Shown here piece after piece: positions 37,455-48,647 of a stretch of DNA of 64,000 nt. Where the stretch lies: the NCBI GenBank assembly GCA_022605425.2, contig CM061246.1, positions 1,550,001 through 1,614,000 of the forward strand. The letters are read 5' to 3'. Numbering within the stretch: position 1 is the first letter of the stretch; each line of letters begins with the position of its first letter. A program made the translations under genes and the position numbers. A model generated the notes under the pieces. That model had not been told where the DNA came from and made no database searches. It saw only the letters and a program-made list of their open reading frames with translations. Source of the DNA: Hamiltosporidium tvaerminnensis FI-OER-3-3 (taxonomy: Eukaryota > Fungi > Microsporidia).

Positions 37455-37573
37455 AGAAATAAAAGGAACTACATTATTCTTTACAACAAATATTAAAATT
37501 AAACACCAATTTAGTATTTGAACAGAGGTAAGAAATAGAAGGAACTAAATTATTCTTTACAACAAATATTAAA
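37455..37573. repeat. Local direct duplication (~43 bp, 76 bp apart)
   Basis: AGAAATA(A/G)AAGGAACTA(C/A)ATTATTCTTTACAACAAATATTAAA at ~37455 and ~37531. Confidence 0.75.
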
Positions 37574-37930
37574 TTCAAAATACTAAAATTATGTCAAATC
37601 AAACAGCACAATAGTTGCATTTATAAGAAGTAATAATATAAATAATTTTTTTTTATCATATAATCAGAGAAATTCATACTTCATTTGCTATTTTTATGAT
37701 TCAAAATTGAGTTTCTCAAAAAAAAGTTCAAAGTTAGAATATAGTTTATACGATTTAAATCTTAAATTATCATAATATTAATTCGAAATTTATTACATAC
37801 TCAACTGATATACGATTAAATTTTAGCTTTACTGTTTTTTTGCGCCTGGGGAATAAAATCAAACCAATTTATTTTTTAAAACACATAATACATCCATCAT
37901 AAACGATATTTTATAATACACCCTAATTTT

Positions 37931-38395
37931 TTATATAAATATACTTTTAGAAACAAAATTATTACATTCATTTTCTAATTCACCAACCATCTCATCAAAT
38001 TCTCTATTTTTCTTAAAATCTTTTATAAATTTTATGTAATAAAAACCAAAAGTATTTTTCATTTCTTTAATTTTACAAATAAAAATACTTTTTTCAGACA
38101 TCATTGAATACATATCAATGAAATCATCCAATAGGATAAAATCTTCATAAATAATAACAATCTGACTCCATAATTCTACCAGTGAATCTATAAAATTCGA
38201 AAGAAGAATATTTTTAATTTTTTGTATTACAAGTTTTGTAGAATACATTGGTATTCTATACCTTTGTATTATCTTTACAAACATTTCTACAAAAAATGTA
38301 ACTTCACTGGTTTCGTCTAAACCAATCAATATCTCTCTCAAATATTTGTTATAATTTGCTCTTAAATTCATTTCCATTTCGATTTCTTTTTCCAT
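37931..38395 (-). CDS. Hypothetical protein (154 aa, helical)
   Basis: Open frame with gene-like composition, CCC upstream of the ATG, divergent from the 38644 gene; no motif recognised. Confidence 0.7.
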   Translation of the reverse strand: MEKEIEMEMNLRANYNKYLREILIGLDETSEVTFFVEMFVKIIQRYRIPMYSTKLVIQKIKNILLSNFIDSLVELWSQIVIIYEDFILLDDFIDMYSMMSEKSIFICKIKEMKNTFGFYYIKFIKDFKKNREFDEMVGELENECNNFVSKSIFI

Positions 38396-38643
38396 TAATT
38401 TTATAAACGGGACTTAAATATTTCAAAGCTTTAAATTATTTTTTTGCGGCCAAAAAATAGTTTTACCAACCAATATTTACAACAATTTTATCATTTATAA
38501 TAAAATAAATTCACTGAAACAAAAGATAGAAAATATTTTATTTATTTTACTTATAATTTTAAAAATCCATTCAACTTTAAAGAAATAAATATTCTCCTTT
38601 TTTAAAGAACATATAAAAAATGTGAGATAAGATGTGACCCACA

Positions 38644-39066
38644 ATGAATGAGAATTATGTAGTTAAATTGAAACTAAAACAAGATCAGATAAAAAATTTC
38701 TGTCTGAAACAAAAAGAAATGCCTGTTCGTAAATCAAGACCACTAGAAACTTCTAACGTTTTAATACAACAAAATGCGGCTTTTAAAGAATATATTCCTT
38801 TAAAAGTACGTAAATTTCGAATGGAGGAAGTAACTATTGATACGATTGGAGGTGCACCGCTTGTTGTAAAGATGTGGGTTTCAGATGAAAAATCCAAAGT
38901 TGTGAATAAAAAGAAACCAAAGGAACCTGTAATGCTTGAATGTGATATTTGTAAAAGAAGTTTTGATGAAAGAAGAAAACTCTTAATTCATAAAAAGTGT
39001 CATACAAGACAAAATAAATTGGTTGAACCTTCTTCTGAAATTAAGACTGATACAGATAACTCATAA
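38644..39066 (+). CDS. Small C2H2 zinc-finger protein
   Basis: CDICKRSFDERRKLLIHKKCH; CCCACAATG start; AATAAA overlapping the stop. Confidence 0.85.
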   Translation: MNENYVVKLKLKQDQIKNFCLKQKEMPVRKSRPLETSNVLIQQNAAFKEYIPLKVRKFRMEEVTIDTIGGAPLVVKMWVSDEKSKVVNKKKPKEPVMLECDICKRSFDERRKLLIHKKCHTRQNKLVEPSSEIKTDTDNS

Positions 39067-39189
39067 ATAAATATTTTAATGTTAGAGAATTTCTTTAAAA
39101 AAAAATATTTATTTACAGCTTTGAGGCAAAATTAGTTGATAAGATTAATTTTAGCTTTTTCTCCATAAAAAAAATTGTAAAAGAATTAC

Positions 39190-39432
39190 AAAAAATTGGA
39201 TTTTTAAATAAAAATAATTTGAAATTTAGAGAGAAAATAAATATAAATTAGCCACTATTTTAAATAAAAAATCAGATTTTAAAATAAAATATTTTGAAAT
39301 TTAGAGAGAATATAAATATAAATTATCCATTATTTTTTATAAAAAATTGAATTTAAAACTAAAATATTTTGAAATTTAGAAAGAAAATAAATATAAATTA
39401 TCCTTTATTTTACATAAAAAATTGAATTTAAA
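39190..39432. repeat. Minisatellite, ~75-bp unit, ~3 copies
   Basis: TTTGAAATTTAGA(G/A)AGAA.ATAAATATAAATTA at ~39218, 39293 and 39368. Confidence 0.8.
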
Positions 39433-39575
39433 AAAATCATTTGGTAAGTTTGAAAAAACATAAAATAAAATTTTTAAAAATTTGAATTTGATTCTTTATT
39501 TATATGAATTACTTTTGAATTATTTTAGATGTAAAAATAATTACATTTTAAAAAATATAAATTGGTATCCCTTAA

Positions 39576-40208
39576 ATGGCTATTTTATACACTCAGTTAC
39601 TAAAACCAAGCGATTTACAAATTCTAGCATGTTCATTCTCTGTTCATGGAAGAGTTTTATCATCAGAGAAAAAGATATTACTTGAACTACGGAATATTAT
39701 TCAGAAAATGCCGGATAGAGTACAAAATGTGTTATATGATTATAAATATGGGGATATAGCAATATTTTATATTTATATTATTAATGATGTGATATATGCA
39801 TTAATTACAGATAAAAATGATGATGCGGAGAGTGTAATGAAATATATCAACAGAATATATTCATTATTTACTAAATTCTGTGTTGAAAGAGGCAGCAAAC
39901 CATATACAAGTTTTGAAGAAGTATTAAGAGCACAATCAGATATTTTTAATTCGAAAAGTGATGTTTTTGAAACCGAAGAAGAATTAAAAATGGCTAAAGA
40001 TGTTTGTATACAATCCTTGGATAAAGTTTTCAAAAGAGGAGAAAAAATTGATAATCTTTTAAATTTAGCTGATCGTTTAAAAGTAGCAGCACAGAGTTTA
40101 CAAAGAAATACACGAAGGATGTATTATCAGAATTTACTTGAACAATATTCTTTGTATATCGTTTTTGCATTGATTATACTTCTCGTGTTTTATTTTTTCA
40201 TTCGATAA
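39576..40208 (+). CDS. SEC22: Longin-domain R-SNARE, Sec22-like
   Basis: N-terminal longin domain (LYTQLLKPSDLQILACS, KPYTSFE), R-SNARE layer KRGEKIDNL and C-terminal TM. Confidence 0.75.
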   Translation: MAILYTQLLKPSDLQILACSFSVHGRVLSSEKKILLELRNIIQKMPDRVQNVLYDYKYGDIAIFYIYIINDVIYALITDKNDDAESVMKYINRIYSLFTKFCVERGSKPYTSFEEVLRAQSDIFNSKSDVFETEEELKMAKDVCIQSLDKVFKRGEKIDNLLNLADRLKVAAQSLQRNTRRMYYQNLLEQYSLYIVFALIILLVFYFFIR

Positions 40209-40846
40209 ATACTATCACACATTTTTTATCACAATTTTTTTATATTTTTTTAATTTTTAATCGTAAAATTTGAGGCACTTACATAGGTTTTTTTTACAAA
40301 GAAACATAATAATTTGAAAAAAATATAAAAATTTAATCTTTTAATAAAATATACTAACAAGTTGGCATCAAGTATACAATTTTAAACACAAAACGGTGTT
40401 TTTTTAAAAAATTATAATTTTATATTTATTTCTAAAACTGAAATTTTTGTATTTCTAAATAATTTTTTTAAGCAAATTCAAATTCAAATATTTTTTTACC
40501 TATAAAACAGTGATTTTCGTGTATCTCTAAACGATTTTCTGATTAATAAGTCTAATTCAAATATTTGATTATCTTTAGATTAAAACATTAGTTTGGCTAA
40601 AGAATTTATTGTTTAAAGAAAATTCCCAATTCAAATTTTTCATTTAAAAACTTAGTATAACTACTACAAAAAATTGAAGCCATTCATGGTCTCTACGATC
40701 ATTTAAACTATTTTAAATTTAAAAAGTAAGTTATTAAATGTACTTTTATAGTAAATATAATTTTTTTAAATAAAAAATATTACTTTCACAGCAAAACCAT
40801 TCAAATTTAGAAAAAAGTGTTAAAACATATTTTTTTATTTCTCTAA

Positions 40847-41918
40847 TTATGAAATAATTTGAAAGAAAAAAAGTACGGGTTTATATTCGTAATAATCAAG
40901 ATAATTGTGAATATTACACCAATTAAAATATTTTACATCATCATCACTAATAACGGCCCATATATTTTCATCTAGTTTTATTACCGCAACATAATGGCCT
41001 GACAGTAAGTTATCACGGTGATATCCAAATGAAATAAGTTCATTCTTATAATTTTCATCAATAATCAATTCTTTACAGATTTTCAATCTTTCATTAAATT
41101 TATTTGAACAACACCTAGAATGTATAACAAATACTTTTGAATGTCTTATTATTTCATTTACGATTTCGATTTCACTTTAGTTATCGTTCTTCTTCCGTAT
41201 TTTTGACAATTTCAGGTAAAAAATATTCTCTAAATTTTTGTTCTATATTTCGTGTACCGGGTAAAATAAAACAATTTTTTAATTCAAAAACGGTTTAGGT
41301 TTGGTTTTTTAATTGATGAATTATTCTTTTTTCTGTCAAAAAATAGAAAACTGGAATCTCACGAAACAAAAGGGCTGCATCTACATACGAAATAGGATTT
41401 TTTATTATATTAAAATTTAAATTTTTGGGTAAACATGCAGATACCAATGCAGTATATAAAGCTTGGATATCTTGTTGTTGTTTCAGATTCGAAAACTCTT
41501 TGGTTCCTAAATTATTACGTATTTTAAGCAATTTTTCCGCTGTGTCAACTTCTTTATTCTTTTTCATTTGCAAAAATAACTCTTTAATTGTTTGTGTAAC
41601 ATCATTTTTTTCGACATTTTCTAAATAAAAATCGGATATAATTTTTGTGGCAAACATGCATTTCATTAATGTATTGAAATAACAAATAACTCGTGACTCG
41701 TTTTTTAATCGACATATATTTTTTTCACGTATGATTCTTTTTACATTCGATATGTTTATATCCAATTCGCAAATTTCTGATTCAACAAATTGATTTTTTT
41801 CTACATTTTTGCTTTGTGCAATTGACTATAACTCATTAAATATGACTCCACTTATAAATCCAAGTGAAAATATTACTACCGTGGTGATAAAAGATATTAT
41901 TAGGTTTTTCGGTCTCAT
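40847..41918 (-). pseudogene. USP-type deubiquitinase pseudogene with N-terminal signal/anchor
   Basis: From the ATG at 41918: MRPKNLIISFITTVVIFSLGFISGVIFNEL* (TAG ~41827), same frame as the Cys box RLKNESRVICYFNTLM and QQQD; His box SGHYVA...WAVISDDDV downstream; several stops and frameshifts. Confidence 0.8.
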
Positions 41919-42374
41919 TATACTAAATTTTTAGAGTTATTTTTTCTTTTGATTAAATCGAATTTATTTTTGTACAAACAAATTCATTGAAGAATCAAGT
42001 ATATTCTGTTAATTTAATTGGTTTCAACAGAAAGTCTTTTTAATTTAAAATTTAATTATAAAAACATTAAAATTTATTTAAATATTTTTGCTGGTCAATT
42101 AAAGCTTTGAATAAGATATGTTGGGCTAATCACTTTTTTATGTATTTTAGTAAATGTTCCATTGGATGGAATTATGCATAACTTAGAATATTTTTATACA
42201 ATATTTTGCGCGTTGATTGATTTTTTAATAAAAAAATCATGGCATGTTTGTAGTGACTTTTAAAAAATTAGGCTAAGCTAAAAATTTTTTTCATGATTTT
42301 TGGTTTTCTAAACACTTAAATAAGTTTCTTACTTGGGAATATAATTTAAACTCAAAAAAATCAAGTCTTTTTGT

Positions 42375-43290
42375 TTCTTGAAATGAGTATGCGAAAATAA
42401 GAATCAGAACCAGATTAAAACCGATTTAAAGATTCGGGATAATAGGCCCAATCTATTTTTTATCTACGAAAAAATCGAGCATACTCTTATTAAAATAGAA
42501 AAAACTTTCCAAGATTCACTTTAAATGGTTGAAACTCTAAAGACCTTGAAGTCGGATCTCTATTGGCTAAAATCAAGTCTCCTTATAAATGAGTGTTGAA
42601 ATAAACTCATATCTTGATGATCTATGACGGTATCGTGGTAAAATTGGATATTAAATACCACAAAAACCTGCTAATACCCATTAATATAGAGACATTCATT
42701 CGGTAAATAATACGTTAGAAGACTTTTAAAAAAATTTGGGCGATAAACGAAGACTACTTGTGTCAGAATAAAATGCCGAGGAAAGTGGGATAATGCTTCG
42801 GGGGTATTATTGAGGGAATCGAGATGCATGAGGAACCACTACATTCTTAAAGACAAGAAAAATACGAGGAAGATGGTCATAAACATATAAATATAAAAAT
42901 AACATGTTCTAGGTTTTAGAGGTGTACTCCATTAGATAGCCCGACAACAAATTCAATCAAGGAGTTTGATTTATTTACATACATATTTTAGTCCTCTTTT
43001 ACCTCATGGTGACAAGGATCAACAAATCTGAGTTTCAAATTTTTTCCTTTTAATATGTTTTAACTCGGGATTATAGGGATCGAATTTTGGATCCAGTGTG
43101 TTTTATATCCTACCAAAAAGCAAACAACGATTTTAAAACTTTCTAAACACTCATCGCCAGGAAGAAAATTTTTAATGTGTTTATTTTCCGTCTACTAAGA
43201 ACCTAATTCACAAGAGTAAATCAAAGTGGCTAAAGAGGCAGCAAAAATATAGTAAAGTTTCAAAAATCATTCTAGCCTAAAATTATATTG
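42375..43290 (+). mobile_element. Decayed RLE 3' copy, split by a family S insertion
   Basis: Matches 26355-26955 up to ~42972, then resumes after the insertion (AAAGTGGCTAAAGAGGCAG, ~43223, resembles AAGGTAGTTAAAGAGGTAG). Confidence 0.75.
42975..43196 (-). mobile_element. Short SINE-like element (family S), nested in an RLE copy
   Basis: Shared head (ATAAACACATTAAAAA...TGGCGATGAGTGT) and tail GAGGTAAAAGAGGACTAAAATATGTATG. Confidence 0.8.
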
Positions 43291-43879
43291 GAAAAATGTG
43301 TCTTTTGTTTAACTAAAGCATATCTTAACTTACAAGAAATCATATAGTCATCAATATATAGCCAGAAGCACGAAAAAAATCAGTTGAAGTATACCTAGAC
43401 ATATAGTAATATACAGCGATGTGGCATGAATATTGACTAAAGATATAAAACGATGCTATGAGTATATAAAGAAAAATCTTAAAGGAAATATTTAAGCTAA
43501 CAAGATACCAACAAATCGAGCTTCAAAGTCATAATTACATCGAGCTCAAAAAATCATATCGGAATTCGAGATTGGTGAACGAAGTTTAAAGAACCAGTTT
43601 ATGAAACCTGTGTGTTTTTTAACGAAATATAGAGGAACAGAGTTAAAAGGTGTAAATATGCATACCCGAATTTTGTCGACTAAGATGCCACGAGAAAACT
43701 AGATTACAAGTGAATTTAAAACAATAGCACTGTAACCTTGGTATAAAGCGAGAAAAAAAAGCCCTGGTCGTGAAAAAAGAAAGTTTTTAGCAAATGAGGA
43801 TAAGGCTTGCTGTGGGCCGTAATTCCTTGGGTAAGCATGTATATTTTTTTATTATTTAAGGAATTTATTGATAACTCTT

Positions 43880-44586
43880 AGTTGCGATGATAAACACAAA
43901 AACATTCCGCTTGGAATGATATGGTAAAATCGATGTGTAAATCAGTTTAAAGTTATTTGATGGGATGAAAAACTATTACATCATCGGTTGTTTCATGTGA
44001 ATTTTTAAACAATTAAGCAGGTCTTGAAAAAGATGAAAATTTTTCTATAAACTTATTTTGTAGCTTTTTATGCAACTAGATCAGAAACCAGAATTTATTT
44101 GTAAGAAATTACCATGCACAAGTATATAAACCTAGTATCTCATTCAGATTAGAAAACTTATCACATAGGAAATACAAAGAAACTAGGCGTTTAAAAATCC
44201 AAGAATTCTATGTAGAGAATTCTATCTGTTGTATGTAATTGCCACGATTAACTTATCCATTTAAGCGCCGAGATATTATTAGCTAGCATCTATTATATTC
44301 AGAAAGCATAGACTAGATGGAAATGCGCTAGTCTTTATAGCGCCCAGATGATGTTTTTTCTGCGCTATTATTATATGCAACGTACATTAACGAACTGTTG
44401 GCAACCAACCTGCCTAATAAATAGACTTTACACGCTTTTTGATAGCAATTCGGGTTGTAGATATCTAATTATACCTATGGAGTACCAGTTAACCATTTCG
44501 TGTTAAATTTATAAATGGGTTAATGCTATGAATACAGTGTAATATATGCCACTATTTTTAAAAATATGTGGTAGTATAAATAAAGA
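43880..44586 (+). mobile_element. Long SINE-like element (family L), old copy
   Basis: Colinear patches GATAAACACAAAAACATTCCGCTTGG, TTTTTATGCAACTAGA, ATGCAACGTACATTAACGAAC and GCCACTATTTTTAAAAA. Confidence 0.8.
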
Positions 44587-44935
44587 TATTCGAATTTAAA
44601 TATTTATCTTTCAAAACGAATTATTAGTCGGAACTAAATTTTAATACAGTTTTTGTATTGTTATACAACAGATATAAAAAATAATACTTTATTAGTAATA
44701 TTTAATGTTCAAAGTTTAGTTTAGTTGCATTAAAAATACAAGAAACTTTTACTTATGATGTATTTTATATTTTAATTTAAAAAAATATACAACATAGATT
44801 AAAAATAAAATTATAATGACAAAAACAATGATTCCTGTTTTTAGACGTTTTAAACATAAGACTAAATTAGAGAAAAACAAATATATTTAAGATAAAAAAT
44901 TACATTCTTTATATTTGTTCTTTTAACGTCTGTGA

Positions 44936-47900
44936 CAGTGGTTCTTAACCGAAGGTGCCGGTGAACCCCTCTCAAAACCTTCAACTCATACAGAAATATT
45001 GAGTATGGATTTTGGCAACAAAAAAGAAATAGGCATAGACTAAAAGCAAAATTAAAAAACCATATGAATGGAATATTTCGTCGCTATGCCTAAGAGCACC
45101 ACGTACAGGTTGACAGTCATGCTCATTGATACCGAGTGTGTATCAGCAAAATTAGCTGACGACCACTAAACACTAAAAAAATTATTAGTTTTTTCATCTG
45201 AATCTACTATTATACGTCTTTGGTAATTAGTCGAGAAATCACTTTGAAATGAATATATCTACGCTTTTATAATTTTGATTGTAAACATTACTTAACAATC
45301 TATATATTATAAATTTATAAGTGACTTAAACCGAAGGAATATACTGATAATACAAATGTAAGCAATTTTTTAAATCAATTTTAAGTAATATTTTGTAAAA
45401 TTTTAATCTATTTTTAAAACCTTAATTGATTATAGGGAATCCATCTATGCCGAAAAAAAAACCCATGAAACGATAAGTATTCTGCTTATCGACTCACTTT
45501 TACAACAGGAAAGATCATATTAAGCTGCCTCAATGTTTTTATGTCCCAAGATATTTTCAAACAGCAATCTCAAACCATCAAAGTTATTAGAGCATTTTAG
45601 CAGTCTACATGGTGGGAAGGCACGCATAGCATAGACAACATGAAGTCAAAAAAAGCTCGAATTGATTCTGGTGATACTATCCCAAAATTATGCGAGTTAG
45701 ATATTCGAAAACCCTTGATAGGGGCGTTTTATCAAGTAGCATACTGTGTTTAACAAAAAAACACACGATCGCAGAGGGAGTAATATAATTTTGCGAATTA
45801 ATTTTGGCTCAAAAAGTATTAAATTCCGAAGCACATAATATAATCTAGCAGATTCCTTTATCTGAAGATAAAATTCGATCGCGACTTAGAGATATCAGTA
45901 AAGATATTTTGCCGCAGATAATAGAAAACATAAAAGCTACTTCACCAAAAAGAAGTATACAATTAGATAATTCAACAAATGTTTATAATTTTGAACAGAT
46001 CTTAATTTGTGCGATATTTAATAAAAAGATAAATGAGGAAAGAAATTTTAAAATTTAAGACACTGAATTCGAGTCTGGGAAAATTAATGTTTTTAATAAC
46101 GTAAAAGATTTTTTTTAATATCAATTACAATTTATTATTTTATTTTAAACCTTCACATCTTTTTAAAACAGTGGCAAGTGTTGTATCTGTTTTCTTGACA
46201 TCTAAGCAGTTCTAGGTTTAACATAAATAACTTCTGCCTCAACACTCCATCAGCACACCCTGCATTACCTACATCCCAAAGCTTTTCATCTATCGAGTGT
46301 CTAGAACCTAATTAATAGGCGAGGAAGTTGCCCGGAGTCCTTAATGTCCGTTGCATGGAGTGTGATCGAAGGCCGAAGCCCTCGGGCTCCTCCAAGACTA
46401 TACAGCATTTCCACTTACTCTACACTTGCTGAACCCAATAAAATTCTAGCTAAGATATATTTAAGAGATTTATATGGGGTCCACCTAGAAAGTGCAATGA
46501 CATACCAACAGGTATAACCTGCTACTTAGCTCTCTCGGTTTTTAATGGTTTTTATTTTTATATCTCCTAGGCGCTAAGTCTTCTAATCCGAGTGAGCAAG
46601 GCTAGGCGGTTTCCATATTTTTACATGGTAATTACTTATTATTTCGGCTGCGATCTACAATCTAGTTACATAAAAAACTGCAAATAAATTCCTAGAAAAA
46701 GTCTCGCATTTCTTAGACCTCTCCTCCTCATACAACTCCCATTGACCAACCGAAGATATAGTGTGGTTTTATATTCACCAAGAATCCAAACAATGATCTT
46801 CACACTAGCTTAACACACTCAATCCCAAGGAGAAAGTTTTTTTTGCGTTATTCCCATCCACCTCAACTACGACCAAATGTAATTAATTAAATATGAAATG
46901 GAGCTCCAGCAATTTTATGCAAAAATTATGGATCTTTTTCCAAATAAATGGGCAATTACAGAAATATTAAATTTCTAATGCATTTTACATTCTATGCACT
47001 TCCTTGTATAACTTTGCCAAAATTTTACAATGTTCCCAGCTACTGCAATAAAAGTAATAAAATATATCCGTGAACATCCTTCTAATACTCTTGTTTTTCT
47101 TTTCTTTGTAAAAAACTCGGAGTTGTTATAACTGTGCTTCTATATTATACCGAACTACAATGGTACTATAAAGCCAAATTCTTATCCGAGTTTTTAAATT
47201 ATCAGATGAAATTTTTCTGTTACTGACTACTAGAAGCTTCGATTTAGTAAATGATTTTATGGATAGGAAAGATCTTCTTAGAAAAGCCTACTTATCATAT
47301 ATATACAGCCAATTGGAGGAAATGAGCATATATCAAAGAATTTGGTAACAAATATAGTAGCTGGAAAAAATAATCTGCCTTCCTTTGAAAACTAGAAATT
47401 TGGGTACGTGGAGTTAAATTTGGAATTTTGTAAACTTCTCCTTCCTTGATTGTTGTTGTAGAGAATGAAAAAAATACATTAAACTCGACATTTAAATACA
47501 TTAGAAAAGAATGAGCGAGTCATTCAATAGATATTTATCTACTAAAAATATTACAAAAACTCAAAGATGAATACTGAATCATTTCTTAATAACCCAAATT
47601 CAAATAATGATAGTAAGTTAACAAAAAATCTTATTGAAACACGAGACGGTGGATATGATCCCATATAATTCGAGCAATTATATTTAAAAAAATTCAGGTT
47701 TAAACAGATATAACGCTATGCAAAGTTAGTAAAAGAACCATTGCAGTTACTTCTATCATTTGCTAGTGTCTGATTAAAGGAAAAGGATTTTCCTCACTTT
47801 TGCACAAAAAATCCAATTGAGAAATCGCTTTAACGTTAATTTTGAATTACACGTACCTCTTTCAAAAAAAGCCTCCTCCTAAATGTAAAAAACAACCTGT

Positions 47901-48097
47901 AGCCATTTAGTCATTTACAAAAATTATATTTTTGCGAACAAATGTATAAATCTACAATTTTTTCGCCCAAACAACACATTTGTAAAAAATGCATTTTTCT
48001 TTTAACTCACTAAATATTAAAAACTTTTTCATTGGGGTGAGGAAACATACTTTCAGATTCAAAGAAGCGCGGCTTGATTAAAAGTTAAGAACCACTC
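44936..48097 (+). mobile_element. Decayed hAT DNA transposon (Buster/Charlie type)
   Basis: TIRs CAGTGGTTCTTAAC (44936-44949) and GTTAAGAACCACTC (48084-48097); degenerate 8-bp TSD GTCTGTGA / GTATGTAA; remnant of the hAT dimerization region (LQLLLSFAS, KGFSSL, RNRFNVNFELHVPLS) at ~47740-47865. Confidence 0.8.
46131..46862 (-). mobile_element. Long SINE-like element (family L) nested in the hAT element
   Basis: Very similar to 29074-29811; degenerate TSD TCAATTACAA (46121-46130) / TCAACTACGA (46863-46872). Confidence 0.9.
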
Positions 48098-48647
48098 GTA
48101 TGTAATCTAAATTCAAGATAAAAAAATCTTTTCAGAAAATAAATAATTTTTCTTATTCAAATTAGATGAATAAGAAATATTAAAAATAAACAAACTGGCA
48201 AGTAAATTGAACCATAAAATTTAAAAATGAATAATTTTATTGCTTAATTATTAAGGCATTTATAATATTTGCAACGAAATATAAATTTAAGACAAAAATT
48301 TGATAAAAATTTTGTTAAAAGAAATTTCAAACAAAGGTTCCCAGAAAATAAAATTTATCAAAAATTTGAATACAACTGAAAACCACCAACAGATTATTTT
48401 ATTTGAATTAAATTACTAAATAGTAAAATTATTTAAGTAAATTAAATTTAAATAAATCCGTGCAAATTAAAAATATTATGAAATTATTTTATTTCTAAAT
48501 TCATAACTTCCCAAAAAAGTTAAAATCAATCATTTTTTTTACCAGAAACAAACCTTTAAAATAATTTAGTATAAACTACAAAAAACTTAATTATGGAAAT
48601 TCAGAACTAAAAATTTATCAAGATGGTGTGTTTACTCATCAAAAAAT

